Shown here piece after piece: positions 24,501 to 37,200 of a stretch of 64,000 bases of DNA. A program made the translations under genes and the position numbers. The notes under the pieces were generated by a model, which had not been told where the DNA came from, did not search any database, and saw only the letters and a list, made by a program, of their open reading frames with translations. Every line of letters begins with the position of its first letter. Position 1 is the stretch's first letter. Source of the stretch: Klebsormidium nitens (taxonomy: Eukaryota > Plantae > Klebsormidiophyceae); contig DF237226.1 in assembly GCA_000708835.1 (NCBI GenBank), positions 49,956 through 113,955 of the forward strand, in the 5' to 3' direction.

Positions 24501-27500
24501 AGTTAGACCCGCTAACCAGCGTGGTTTGGTAGTACTGAGCCGCCCCGTTAACCGAGGCCGGGGTGAGAGTGTCAACCGAGACAATCGCCCCGGCCGCCGC
24601 TGAGGTGACCGTGAAGCCGAAAGTGGGACTGCTTGCGCTATTTCCGGACACGCGGTAGTTGGTCTGGGCGGGGGAAAACGCCGGGGAAAGCGACCCGCTG
24701 TCCGGGACAATTCCCGCCAGGTTCGCGTTCGCGGCCGCGGGGTCGTTGTTGAAGCGCACGCAGAGCTTCGCGTCGGGGGGCAGAACGGTGGGCTGGTTCC
24801 GGGGGGGGCTCAGGGACAGCACGTTGCCCAGGCCGAACAGAGGGATCCCCACGTCGGGGCTGGGGATTGGCGTGGAGGCCACACCAGTCGGGGCGACGAA
24901 CGAGAGCGGCGTCTGAACGGGGAAAGTGCTGGTCGTGTCGAAGCCGAAGGAGATGGTCTTCTGGCCCCAGCTCGTCGCGTTGGCTAAGCACCGGACGCTC
25001 GGGAAGGCGTACGTGGCGTCCGGCGGGAAGTACGCGGCGGGCGTGAGGACGTCGTCCAGCAGACACGTGGCGGCGTTGGCGACCAGGTCGAAGCGGGCGA
25101 ACCCGGCGGGGAACGGCGACTGGATGAGCTGGATGACGGCCTCGAACGGGCCCAGCTTGTCCATGACGGCGGGGACGTTGGCCACTTTGAGCGACTGGGG
25201 AGGCACTGCGGGAAAAAGCGAAGAGTCTCAAGACGAGTTCCTCGGCAGTTTCAAATCGTCAGTGCCAAGAAAGACAGGACGTCCTCTCCTGCCGGGTAAC
25301 GTGATTGAGCCATTTTGAGGGCCAAGGGGGCGCTCCCAAGAAATAGGGCTAGTTGGCTCCCCGGGAAAGCTGTGAATTTTTGCACTTCTACTGATGGCGG
25401 GCGCCAAAATTGCTGGTTCAAGGATTTCGAGGTCATTATACTCAAAAAGCAAACGTCCCCAGGAAACGCTCTTTTCGTCAGAAGGTTCTCCAAGCTGATT
25501 GTCTAGGCTGGTGTTTGAATTGAAGCGAGACTTGCAATTCGCCCAATCTTAACCAAAAGGCACTTCAACTCTGACTATAAGAACTCCCTGTTTAGAAGTC
25601 TGCAAAATGTGTTCTAAATTCTTCTACAGACACGTGTTGGGGTAGAACTCGTCGTGCTTCAACCCCTGAAAATACAGGGCGGGCGCCCTTGTTCCAAGCG
25701 GGAGGCAGACTAGAGGGCAGAGGAAACCATCAGAAAAGAGGACGGGAATCAGCCGGCTCCGGTGCCGGAGAACCAAAAGGGCAGGAAGAAACGGATTGTA
25801 GAAACGGTGAAGGTGATGAGATTGACGCGAGGAGCTTGGAGGCAGGGGATGCAAACGAAAGAAAAGCAGGGAAAGCGGAGCCAGGAACGGATCAGAGAGG
25901 ACTAGAGGCGCAAAGAGCCCGGTCGAGGCCGGTCAGATTGAAAGCTAAAACCTTTGTCGGAGGTGACGCTCCCAGAAGGTGAAACGGGAAGAATGCTAAC
26001 AAAGTGCGTAAGAAAGAATAAAAGGTAGGGGAAGAGCTGGCTTCGATCGGAAGAAGAAACGGGTATGCCAGTAGCACGGAGAGAAACAGATTCCGAATTG
26101 GAGAGTTGGAAGGATTCAAAATGGGAGGATAGAACGAGAGCCACATAAACCGCAGGCACAAGAGGGGATATATACACGTCGAAACTTTCGAAGCCTCGAC
26201 TATGGCAGGGGCTGGACAGCCAAAGAGTAATTTTACTGATTGCCGTAGCAAAGAGTCCACCAGGTAAAGTGATCAGGGCGCTTACTGAAATAAGTGAAGT
26301 TCGCGCCCGCCGTAAAGTTCGTTCCGTCGATGCTGAAGGACAGGGGCACCGTCCCACTGTTGAAGGTCGCCGGGGCCGTGCAAACGACAGATGTGCCGCC
26401 CGAAGTGACCGGTCTGTAGGACCCGGGCACCACAATTGTTCCGAACTTGCACTTTGGCGGCTTCGCGGTGGCTCCCGGGAAGGAACCGCCGATTGCGATC
26501 GTGACCTGAGTGCTGCTCGCAGAGGCGTAGCCAATGCTGGGGAAGATCGACTGCATGCAAGCCGACGACTGGTTGCCCTGGTACTGGGGCACTGCAGAAG
26601 AATTGATGAATAGATTAGATTTGGACTGAATCGACGGTTTTTTAATGCGTCCCGTAAGAAGGTGCTCTGCTGGGGAACAGGTTATTTTTTAAGCGGCCAG
26701 CTGCTACAAGTGAGTACGAAGTCCGGCTGCACAGGCCTCCTCGTCCTGCCAAAGATTGTCGCTTGATCCTCATCATTCAGAATTGCTTGCAACGTCCCTC
26801 AATGAAGGATGGAACCAGAGTCACTTGCGCATCACAATTGGCCAGCGCTCCAACGTCTCCAAAACATTCTGGCGTTAGATAACAATCTGCGGCACGGCAA
26901 GACCGACAAATCTTGGCACTAAAGTTGCGAGACGCTCGAACGAGAACTTACTCGTCTGTCCCGTATAGTAGTAGAAGTACGAGGGGACGTCGGTCGTCTC
27001 GTTGAAGAAGTAACCGGGGTCCACGTCTGCAAAGTAAACGAACAATTGTAAGAATCTGCTCGCAACGACAAGAGCACGATGCTGTAGATTGAGACGGAAA
27101 CGTGAAGCCAGAAGATCTACCAGAAAATGGTCATGAGCTACTTTGCGTGCGGGCGCACGCCGCGCGTGTTTGTCTTCCCGCCAGCGTCAGATCTTGTCCA
27201 CGTGATTCAGCGTTCAAGCGTTCAGGTAGATCTCAGGTGTCAAGTCGTCGAAAGCGTTCGAAATGTCCGGGCTTGTCGGTGAAGCGTCCAGAAGAATACC
27301 CGCCAAGCGGGACGGGTGTTTAAGCCGGTTTCCAGGAAAAGGGAACGTGGAGAATGGGGTGAAAATAAAGACAGCGGAGACGTGAGAAAGTTGTAAAGGA
27401 TGAGAAAACTTCGAAACGGTTTTTAAAAAAGAGGATTTGACGCGAAGGGAGGAGAATGGTAGGGTGTAGACAGATAAAGAACTAGGATGGGGGAAAGCGA

Positions 27501-30385
27501 TGGACACAGTTCGTGAAAAATTTGACGTTAGCAGCCAAGTAGCAGGGTTCGAATATGATCTGACATCTCTTCGGACGAGTAGAATTCGTGGCTTTCTAGA
27601 TCAAGAAAGAATTGCAAACGGCTAAAATGGTCCAGGAAAGAAGGACGAAAAGACAGTGTGAGGCTATGGTTGCAAGAGCAAGGGATGTGTGGCTTTTCCT
27701 TTCATGGCGTCGCTTCATGTTGAGCTGCAACTTTCAACCAAGCCTTAATATTACAACCCTACAGCTGCTTGTCCTACGCAGGTGCACTTCTCTGAGCCGC
27801 AATTTTGACGTAATAAAGGTCAAGGAACTAATCCTAGCGTCAAGACGCACCGTTGCTCAGTCCCTGAACTTGCAGAAGACCAATAATTATCACCACCCTA
27901 CCAGGACTCAGGATTGGAGTTTGAAAAGCTACAAAGGTTTGGTCATGAACACATGCAGACTTACTTTCTGCAATCCCATAGAAGGCGTTGTAGAATTCAA
28001 CGATGCCTCCCGTGGAGTTGGTCTCTCGGTCGATCCAGGACGTGAAGGCCTCGGGATCATGTGCTTCGTGGTCCATAGCAAGCTGGGCCGCTGCCATGTC
28101 TGTCGAGTTCATAAACGTATACCTCCCTGGGACCGGCGTATACTCCTGCCCGTTCAGCGAGACGCCCAGAGCCACAGTACCCGGGCTTCTCGGGGGAGTG
28201 CTGCACCGGACCGACGCCCAAGGGTACTTGTCCGAGGCCGGTTCGTACCGCCCAGGTCTGGTCACGTTCTGGAACGAGCATGTGATCTCCAGCAGGATAT
28301 GAAAGTCAGCGGCTGCCAGCCCCTCTGGGAAGGGCCTCGTGTTCTGGAAGCGGACATAGACTTTGTCGCCTCCGGTAGTGGGGCCAGCCGCCGGCTCAAC
28401 CGAGCGGATCATCAGGGGCTCTGCAGAGAGAAGACGAGCAGCAGTGAGCATAGAGCCTCCTGTGATATAAAAATAACATGTAGCTGCTCGACTTTGACTC
28501 TGGTGTGGAATTGACCGCATTTTGTTACTTTAGAACCTGGGGTCAGGGCTTGAAACCTTCGGGCCGGATTGAAAGGAGCGAAAGAAATTCGTGTGACCAA
28601 CAAGTTTTCCTTTCTTTGCTTCAATAAGGTTTCTGAGACTTTCTTTTAGGGCTTCAGGATACCAGATTCTACCAAAAGCAATCGTCAACTGTGCATCAAT
28701 GATATGGTAGTCACTTTGCTCGATCAAGCTGATCTCATCAGAGCACCAGAATTGTGAAGGTAATGCTGTCGAAGCTCTCGAGGATACAGCAATAGAGCAG
28801 CTAAAGCTTTCTCTTTTTCGCTCAATGTTTTTGACTTTTGGTGCTCACAGGATCTGGCCGAAGATAGTGATATCCAAGAGAAGAAGAAAGGTGCTGGCAA
28901 GAAAAGGATCCGGCATGAGTGCAGTCTACGTAGCTACATTAGCTTTGCCTCCGTCTACCAGACTGCTTGCTTGATGAGCAAGAAGACCACTCACTTAAGT
29001 CAGTAACGCCAAAAGGTCACTCACCATGGTAGATGAACTTGCCAAATACCTCAAAGGCAAGCCCGTCCACACTGAAGGCCAGTTCAATCTCCTTCTTGCC
29101 CTGGATGAAGGGGGGAACGACAAAGGTAACGGTCGGCCCCGCCGTGGCGTTTGCATTGTACGCCGCGTTGAAAACGATGACAGAGTCAAACCGGCAGTAC
29201 ACAAAGGCACCCGGCTGTCCACCAAGAGGCTTCTCCAGCATAACGGAGAGGTTTGTTCCGCCTGCAGGTAGGGAAGCAGTTGGTGGTAGCAAGACAAATC
29301 ATGATTCACAAACATCCTTACTTGCTTGCTCATGGAACTGCTGGAAAAGCGGAGTTAGGATGTCCGGTCCCCTCTAAGATACAACCCAAGAAAGCATTGG
29401 GGTCTTCAAGCAATGCATAACTTCCCAGGTAGAGGAGGTATGCTTGCTTTGCAGTGTGGTCAACTGATTGAGAGTCCAAAATTAAGAAGCTTTGTTGGCA
29501 GGTGGGGTATGTGTATCTGTTCAAGTGGACTACAGGGCATCCATCTGAGGCATTTCTGGCTTTGTCCCACCTTCAGCTTTGAACCTGTGTACATCCTTGT
29601 GCATTTTGCTGACTGATCAGAAAGGAACTCATCAGAAATTGATAAAATTTACCTTGTGAACACTGAAACTCAGATGCGCTTCCTAACCGAGGTTTTCAAA
29701 ATCATCAATCAAGAATTGCAATCAGCTACGCATCCCACAGTGTGACACACTTCTACGGAAGTGCCTTCCATCGAAAACTACATGCGTAAGGGTTTTCTGC
29801 TAAGGAACGAGCCTGCCAAGCATGTTCAGTGCTGGTAGTCAAACTTGAAGGCACCTTGGTGGAAACACGTGATTCAAGTCGTTCTGCAGCAATGTCCCTT
29901 ACCTCTGTATGATCCTACTGCTGGCCAGTAGCTGTTAACCAGCGCACCTGCAAGACAACAACACATGATGAAGGGCTTTCACACCTTTGAACACCCCCAA
30001 TGGCCAGAGAAACCAGTGATGGAAGCCACCGTGCGCAACAAACAAAGCAGTCAGTAAGTTGATATTTGCTGTGAAAGGGTCATTTTCAGCTACTAGCATT
30101 GAAAGTGCAGATAACGACATGCTTCTGCCCCTGCTATCATCATGAGGGAAATTGGCTTGGTGTAATTCTCATCCACCTTACATGAAGATACCCTTGATCA
30201 CACGTGTCAGAAGCCAACCTACTTGCAAAACAGCCTTTAGATTGCCAAAAAATCCTGAGAGCGAGCAGAGCGTCAAGCCCTTCTCTGGAAGAGTCGTTGC
30301 ATTGGTAGCTTTTAAAAATGCACTCACCATCCACCTGCGTCATGATGCCAAGCAAGACCACTGCAGAGAGCACTACAATGTGCAT
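57..30385 (-). CDS. Giant multi-exon secreted/cell-surface Ig-fold repeat protein (IPT/TIG + cadherin-like + filamin-type repeats + REJ-like region); 3' end lies outside the window
   Basis: Exons reconstructed with GT-AG boundaries and matching phases (minus strand, in order): 30328-30385, 29903-29947, 29025-29261, 27965-28420, 26952-27026, 26286-26591, 23494-25205, 21558-22835, 20941-21055, 20230-20563, 16086-19509, 14029-15212, 13196-13531, 12283-12612, 9883-11690, 7238-9313, 6449-6679, 5679-5953, 3061-5201, 2408-2615, 1274-1571, 57-571. Sum is 17,442 nt = 5,814 codons. Junctions rebuild repeat motifs (AK|DVYGN, LK|DGFGN, AV|DSLGN, RDAG|GNP). The N-terminus MHIVVLSAVVLLGIMTQVDG is signal-peptide-like. 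The last exon ends at a donor CAG|GTGGGC (57/56). Confidence 0.9.
1274..16330 (-). other. Main array of filamin/ABP280-type (Ig-like) repeats in the giant protein
   Basis: Recurrent S.A.G.G....AG....F.I..(R/K)D.(Y/F)GN ... DN.DGTY.V.Y....AG.Y...V.......GSPF.V.V pattern. I count about 27 such units here plus about 3 in 19000-21055. Confidence 0.85.
6641..6848 (-). repeat. ~66-bp tandem repeat spanning the acceptor of giant-gene exon 17 (about 3.5 copies)
   Basis: Unit gggttagcccggaggtcgg..gctaaccg..ttgc.ac...gccaagcacaga.aagga at 6641-6706 and 6761-6824, with shortened or partial copies at 6707-6760 and 6825-6848. Confidence 0.9.
16340..18800 (-). repeat. Six tandem ~115-125 aa protein repeats with a C-x4-C-x-D-V motif inside exon 11 of the giant gene
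   Basis: Consensus from the translation: (Y/V)PG(L/Y)GS(I/V)..L....PNGWTA..RF...NGVP.....F.A.L......(W/F)Y.F......G.Y...V.VP....Y..W.Y.C..P.C.DV....GG.L......P.I.HD. Copies are separated by Pro/Gly/Gln-rich linkers. Confidence 0.85.
21970..24730 (-). other. About six cadherin-like beta-sandwich repeats in the giant protein
   Basis: Repeated pattern L..L....G.LSP.F......Y...V ... V.V.A.DG.T...Y...V, e.g. LNKLAISPGILSPPFSGSVFSYSVRLP, GSDATLQSV...VVVTSEDGQATNTYTV, SNDPSLTALG...TATAEDGVTTQVF. Confidence 0.7.
26286..29947 (-). other. Three IPT/TIG domains at the N-terminus of the giant protein
   Basis: IPT-type motifs: YWPAVGSYRGGTNLSV...FSVDG, SVEPAAGPTTGGDKV...CSTPPRSPGTVALGVSLNGQEY, SIFPSIGYASASTQVTI...CTAPATFNSGTVPLSFSIDGTNF. 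Domain call is from motif recall, not an HMM search. Confidence 0.8.
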
Positions 30386-31884
30386 GCTTGCTCTTGACCA
30401 TACAATCCCCTCCTGCAAAAAGTCGTGATTCCAGCTCAATGCCCAACCATTTTGCAAGAAAGTGCAAGAAGTTTGGGCAGGGGGGCCACATTGCTCGCTA
30501 AAGTTGCCGCGACTGGTGTCAACCACTTATTTTGTAGCTGACCTCTGCGGTTTTTGCTTTGTAAATTGGTTTCTGGTTTGACTATAGTGCAGGCTGCAGA
30601 ACATGCTGGAAAGAACAGAAATTCCACCTCCCAGGCGACAACCTTTTCCAGCAGAGTTTGCGAGGACTAGCTATTGCAGGATTGGCCAACATATGTTTAG
30701 CCATCAACCCCGGCCTATGAAGGAACACGCCTCCAGCTGCCTTTTTTTGTTTCCATGTAGAGTTTCCCACCAGAGTGGATCTATAATCAAAGAAGGCTGT
30801 GGAGATTGCGTGTGTGATCGAACGACAGGTAGGTGGTTGATAGCTTACCATAGCTTAGGTACGATTGCACCAACAGCTTTGTTAGATTGTCCTGGCGTTG
30901 CAGCAACCCCTTCTCAGACGTACGTGCAGCTTGCTACCACTACAGAAAACTACACCACCTTTGCAGGTTGCTTGAAAGGCCGCCACACCTGGTACCTGCA
31001 GCGTAGCGCTGATGGCTACTACCACAGGTCCTCCAGGATAGAAATGAGTAGGCTACTGCTAGCTGCCAACCGGAGACGCCATCTTCAATTGCTGAGAAGA
31101 GAGTTCAGACATTAGTGCACCCCTTTGAGCTCTGAAAAGCTACCATTGGAGAAAACGTAATCAGCACTCAAGGCAGGGAGCTAAGTACCGTACTTTCCTG
31201 CTTCTTCAACTCATCCCTCCCGGCTCCTTGCACCGCAATGATGTCCCAAAAGCAAGCGTACAAGCATAGGTCACATGGGTTCCATGCCCGTTCCATGCTC
31301 AAGAAAGCTGTATGTAGCAATGCAGCTAGGACCGTACATCATAAGCCGTACAAGCAGTCACAGCACCCTCACAGCAAGTGTGCTAACTATCGGATCAAGA
31401 GCACCCTCCTGGATCAGCAGGGCTGAGCATGACGCTCTGGACCTTCTGCGACTAGGCTATCGACAACTTGTCACTGCACTGCATTGCACGCCTGAGATGT
31501 GTCCACCGTATCACGGACTGCCACGGGGTCGGTGGTGTCCTAACTGAATTTCTGCGGTGTTGGAACCAATCAAAAAGCCGGGATGAGATTGACACTATTT
31601 TATGCTCGTCCTACTTGGATGTGTATACCGGCGACCCCTGGTGTTCCGGGGCGCAGGGCATTTAACGAACTCTGTACCGATGGCGCGCGCGGGGCATAAT
31701 GCTCGTGCTGCTTGACCGTTGGATTGTACCTTGCAACATGATCGGATGGCTGATCGTAATTTGGAATTCAGTTGAACTAACTGGAGAGGAACTGGAGTCC
31801 GAGCGTGCGTCCAACTTCACAAGCCGCTGCCACGCACTGATGAATCATCTTCCGACCTCATCGATCATGCATCATCCTATCCTA

Positions 31885-31899
31885 GATGATGATGATGAT
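31885..31899. repeat. (GAT)5 microsatellite
   Basis: gatgatgatgatgat within a GAT/CAT-rich patch at 31860-31945. Confidence 0.7.
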
Positions 31900-34247
31900 C
31901 AAGATCTTCTGCTGTACGATTGGTTGTATCATCATGATGATACATGAGTATGGAATGGCCGGATGTCGAGACGAGTGAATTGCATCCAGGCTTGTCCTCG
32001 ACTGAGTCTTCAAGTTAGCAACCTCTTGGCAAGAATGGTACGTGGCAAGTACATAGCATTGGCTCTAGCCCGAGTTGATGCTGGAATATGGCATATAGAC
32101 ATGAATGGACTGAATGGACTCTGGCTGCGAGTGACGGTTCAGTCATGCTCGACGTGAGACCGTGAGTCCGCGGCCCACCGGGCGGGACAAGGCAATACCT
32201 AAGGACTCCAGGCTTTGGCAATATTTAGTATGTGAGCTATTAGCAGCTGCACATGTAGGGCACATATAGCGTTCTAGTCCCGTTCTAGTGTTCTAGCTGA
32301 AGAAGCTTGCAAAAGAATATGCCCCCATTGGAAGCTGCCTGATCAGTGATGGTGCTGGCATGCAGTGAGGGGGTTATAAGCTGGACCGGGATTCTGGATT
32401 AGCCAAGAATTAAGTTGATTCAGTACTGCTGATTGTGCAGAGACCAGGTACTACGTCTGAAAGTTCAGAAGTGTTCGAACGGAAGTTGTCGAGAGGTGGC
32501 AGCACTACAGCGGCTGGGGCGGCAAGCGGCCGGCGGCAAGCGCCGTGGGGTGGGGCCACAGTCAAAGCACATGATGTGCATGCGGCCAGACCGTCGTAAA
32601 CCCGTTTTTATCTGCATGGAAACCGAAGGAAATGAGCCGTCCGACTGGCATCAATGGTCCGACCCGCCGAACGGACCGCGCCTAATCCGCTCAATGACTG
32701 CAAGCTTCGTACTTCTATTAGGACCCGAAACTTTAATGTGTCCCCCGATGGATCGCCGTTCAATTGGCAATTGAGACGTCACGTAGGGCGCCTCATGATC
32801 CAATGCCAGGCAACAATCTGAAGCTACGGCCCTCCTTTATGTTCTTGCACAGCCCTGTTATGGGTCATAGAAGCGTGGCAGGCTTGCCAGCGGGCGATCG
32901 AGCATCAAAGCATGCCATCATCGATCGAAGTGCAGCTCTCAATTTGTCGATAATACACTTGCAACCATATTAAGCGCAAAGCTGGATTGGCAATTTTCTG
33001 AATCTCTTGACGGTTCGTATGGGCTGGACAGTCATTAGTAGTGACCGTCTGCAAGAACTCCGATTTGCATGACTCATGATCAGGACCACCGTCCATGGTT
33101 CAAACCTTTTCGTTGAATGACTGAGCACGCGTATGGGACGTTCATGCGGCTGTACGCTGAGCCGCGCGCCTACTAAGGCATGCGAATTGTGCATACATGT
33201 GGCGTTGAACTCGGAAAAGGTCGCGATGCGTGCAATTCGTGGCCGCGCTTTACTCAGCTTGACCGTCGGAAATTGTGTATACTCCAAAGCACTGAGCGGA
33301 GTGTCGGACTTTGCCGTGCCGGCACATGACACACATGACCGCGCGTTCTCATTTAGTCTAGGCTTTGAGTCTGTCTGCTTGCACGAGTCGGAATTGCTCA
33401 TTTCCGCTAGCTTGCCGTAGACATGACCCCGATCGTGGGTCACTTGAGGATACTATTGACTCAGAGCGCCTGTAACAGGCGCGGCCGCCTTGAGTGATCT
33501 TGCGCAAACTTCAATACAATAGTGGTAAGTGAACGACATTGCAGAGGCTGTATGTTAGTACTGAACGTCCTCAGCCAGACAAGTTATGCCCAAGGCAAAT
33601 ACATTGCAAGCCGGGCTACTAGGCTACTTTCAAACGGCTCAGCTCCAGCAAAAGTTGCTTTCTTGCCAAAGACATGCACTGATGATTGATACATTGAACA
33701 TGTATGGCAATTAGTGACACTCGCCCAATATGTACAGAAAAGAATGTCTCGGGACTTGCTAGCCTGACACGGCCCTATTGAACCTAGCTCTCCAATCTTA
33801 TTCTTGTTGGTTGACCGGATGCAATCGTTTGTTCAAGACCAATATTTCAGCGACGAACTATCGACGCAAAGCTTGTCTGGGGCTCTGCTGCCAGCTCGCA
33901 GACCGATCTGCGTAAAACCTGGCGCTTAAGACTCTTCAAAGCCCCAACACATGTTCTAGCTTTCCCGATACTCCCTTTGCCTCCACGGGCGCACTTGCGC
34001 ACATGCTCTCTCTCACTTCGTGCTAGACAACTCAGTACGTAGATGTTTGCCGGTAGCGTACACGGCTACAAGCATGCTTCCGTAACAATCAGTTCTTCCA
34101 CACCTATATTAACCCGCCCAGCAAAACCCGATTAGCCGACGGTTTACAAAAATGAGGTGGCTGGTCCGCAAAAACCTAACATGAAGCATGTGCACACCGG
34201 TCTTATTCTGAACCTCGTGGCCGGACGTCTGCCACGTGTCCCACATC

Positions 34248-37200
34248 TCATGTGGAGAAGCTGAGCCGTTGGCTGGCCACAAGGCGCGCGTAGCGCCCCC
34301 CCCGCTCCGTCAGCTCAGCGTGCGTCCCTTGCTCCGCCACCTCCCCGTCCGCCATCACCACAATCTGGTCCGCGCTCTGGACCGTGCTCAACCGGTGCGC
34401 AATCACCAGCGTCGTGCGGCCCTGTAAAGAAAAGCTCGCTGTTTTCAGGTTTTAGCTTTCCAGGATAAGGCCCTATAGCCCACAATCCCAACCGGCAGAA
34501 GTACGAGGGTTCGAGAGCCGGAACGCGGGTCTTGACCGGTAAGAGCATCACTCTCCACCAGCGCTCTCTGTAGCTCTTTTGCAAACGCCGTGTAAGAACG
34601 CAATCAGGCTCGTCATGAAGATGATGGGGTTGCCAACACGGCTGCGGATTATTTGGAGTCGCCAAATACAATCACGTCAGGCTTGTCACAACGATGGAAT
34701 TGTCAACCCGATGTACATAACAAAGTCTATGCTCTCTCCTCGAAAGAGGTTGCCCAAAAAATCAGCAGAGTATCGCTCCAGTTTCAGTTTTAGGGTTTCT
34801 GGTTTCAGGCTTCGGGTTCAGGTGCTAACCTTGACCAGGTTGTCGATGGCGTCCTGCACCAGCCGCTCGCTCACGCTGTCAAGAGCACTCGTCGCCTCGT
34901 CTGCAACACACCATCGAATACGCAGGGTTTCAGGCACACTTTCAAGTCCTCACTTCTGCGCCGATAGAATGACTGATATAGCTCATTGTATGCAGAAAGT
35001 TGACGTGAGCGCCATCCGCGGTAAGCCCGTCGGTCTGAGATTACGGCTTCACTCTTTTGAATCAGTGGGTGCCAACCCAAATGCTATATCAGCCCCTAAT
35101 GCTTGGGATTCAGGCAGCCACGTGCTCCATTTGAAGATCGCCCGGAGTCGTTACAGTCCAGAGTTGTCCAAGAATGATGCGAAGGCAAGAAATGGCATTC
35201 CGCCACTCCCCGCCTTCACCTTAAAGAGGGCGTATTCAGACGCATCTGAAATTAGCGACTGGAAAGCACAGGATACCACATCTCCGGTCGCCGCGAAAAA
35301 TTTCCTGACGTCATTGCTGCAACGACGTTGACCTGGGCTTTTGCCGCATTAGGATCTCCGCAACAGCCACGTGGGTTCCTTCAACTCCAACGCCCTCTTT
35401 AAGAGACTCACTCAGCACCAGGATGGACCAGCCCTTGACCATTCAAAGCTTCTGAACGACGCGGCTCGAAAGTCTGCCATCTCGCATCCTTCTTTTTGCA
35501 GTTGGCACTCATTCAGCAGCAGGATGGGTGGGATCTCAAGAAAAGTTCAAAAGCTCAAACGCAGGTAAAACGCGTCTGGTTTCCTGCGTCCTCGTTCTTC
35601 CAGAACGGGTTTTTACGCTCTAATTCAACCCCATAATTCAAGCCCAGTCTCACACTGGCAGTACTCCCCGCACCGGTCTTCACCCCTTCAAATTGCCTTC
35701 CGGAGTTCTCAGTATTGGCCCTCACCAAGAACTAGGATGGGCGAGTTTTTCACCAGCGCCCGCGCGATGGCGACCCGTTGCCGCTGCCCGCCGCTGAGCA
35801 GGCTGCCGCGCTCGCCCACCAGCGTATCATAACCGTCGGGGAGGCCCATTATGAAATTATGCGCGTTCGCCGCCTTGGCCGCGCGCACAATCTCGTCGTG
35901 CGGCACTGTCTTGTTGGGGGCGCCGTATGCAATGTTTTCCGCTACGGACCTGCGGCAGCACGTCAGCAGGGAAGAACGTCATTGTGAGAGCACGTCAGCA
36001 GCAGGCGGGTGGGCCTGAAGAACATATATTTCGATCAGTTCGATGAACTGCTCGCCTTAAACGAAGACTGGGATTGGGTGGCGTTAGTACGGGATAGAGC
36101 GCGTAGACCTTCGCTTTAGGGTTGACTGAAGATCTTAGTATTCATCAAAGCGAGGAGCACAAAGCGCAAAAAAAGGGGGCAGGGACGAGGTCCCCGTGAC
36201 GAGGTGCACAACAAGAAGCTGGGGAACTTATCAAGCATTTTAGGTAGCCGCAACGTGTATGAGAATCTGACGGCCCCAATCATTTAAAAAGGCGTCGAGT
36301 CTTCTTTGGCTAATCGAAATGCAAGCGTGTATTTCTCGTGCTTATGGCGTTCGTACAAGTCCCAAAAATTTGAGCCAGCTGCGACATGCTGATTAGCAAA
36401 GACGATGAACCTCTTCTACTCGGCGTTTGATACCTAGTCCCATTGCGAGGTGCTAATAGCACCGGGGGGGCGGGGGTCGCCTGGTCACAAATTAAGCAAT
36501 AGTCCTACTCGAGTCCCGACCCCCTGACGACTGCGGTGCTGGAAAGTGAAGAAAAAACAACGCGAAATGCTGACATGGCGAAGAGGACCGGCTCCTGCGC
36601 GACGAGGCTGACGGCCTGCGCCCACTCGCTCTTGTCGAAGCTGCGCACGTCCGTCCCCGCCAGAGTGATGCGCCCGCCCGTCGGCTGCATACATGAAAGC
36701 CCGATTTAGACTAAGCATCGAACCGGGAACCCGGAAACTCTGAACCCTGGAATTCCGATCCAGGCAGTGAACAAGGAGTTTCTTGGACAAAAGGAAGATA
36801 AGCTGGGACGGATGAGGTTGATATGGGGGTTAAGGGAGGTGCGGGTGCGGAGCCGTAACCCTTGAGTTAGTTCCTTGATTCGGTCGGGCGCTTACTAGTC
36901 ACTGAGCTTATTTAGTCGCTGACTGTAAAATCTACAACTTTGGCCGACAAAAAGCCTGTTCCGCTCGCTTGAGTCGTGAAATTCTTGAACGTGACTGTTT
37001 CAGAAATGAAACCAAGAGCGCCGCTGGGGAGAGTAAAGAAAGACGCGGGAGTACCTCTGCTGCTAGCACGACGGCAGAGAAAGCGGCAGAGAAAGCCTGA
37101 GGGCGGAGTGAGGCCCGAGAACTGCAACAAAAGGGGTCAGCAAAAATCGTCGATGTGAAATGGCGACTGACCGAGGACACCTTCCGCAGGCAACGATACC

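Noticed and set aside
28-26613. Numerous plus-strand and alternative-frame ORFs overlapping the giant gene (e.g. 16185-17132, 23425-24222, 7591-8127)
   Set aside because: They are shadow ORFs caused by GC-rich codon usage. They are Arg/Pro/Gly-rich with no motifs, while the minus frame has clear repeats and splice-phase consistency.
1-30385. Bacterial or contaminant origin of the giant adhesin-like gene
   Set aside because: It has 21 complete GT-AG spliceosomal introns with polypyrimidine tracts and lies next to a plant-type ABCB28 gene.
30603-31115. 170-aa ORF divergent from the giant gene start
   Set aside because: It has no recognisable domain or clear codon bias, and no splice partners were found. 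It could be a chance ORF in promoter/UTR DNA.
34525-34575. Additional older junction echoes (34525-34575 vs exon 12 end; also 39005-39065 vs exon 8 start)
   Set aside because: Similarity is only patchy with gaps and I cannot distinguish it from chance by eye.
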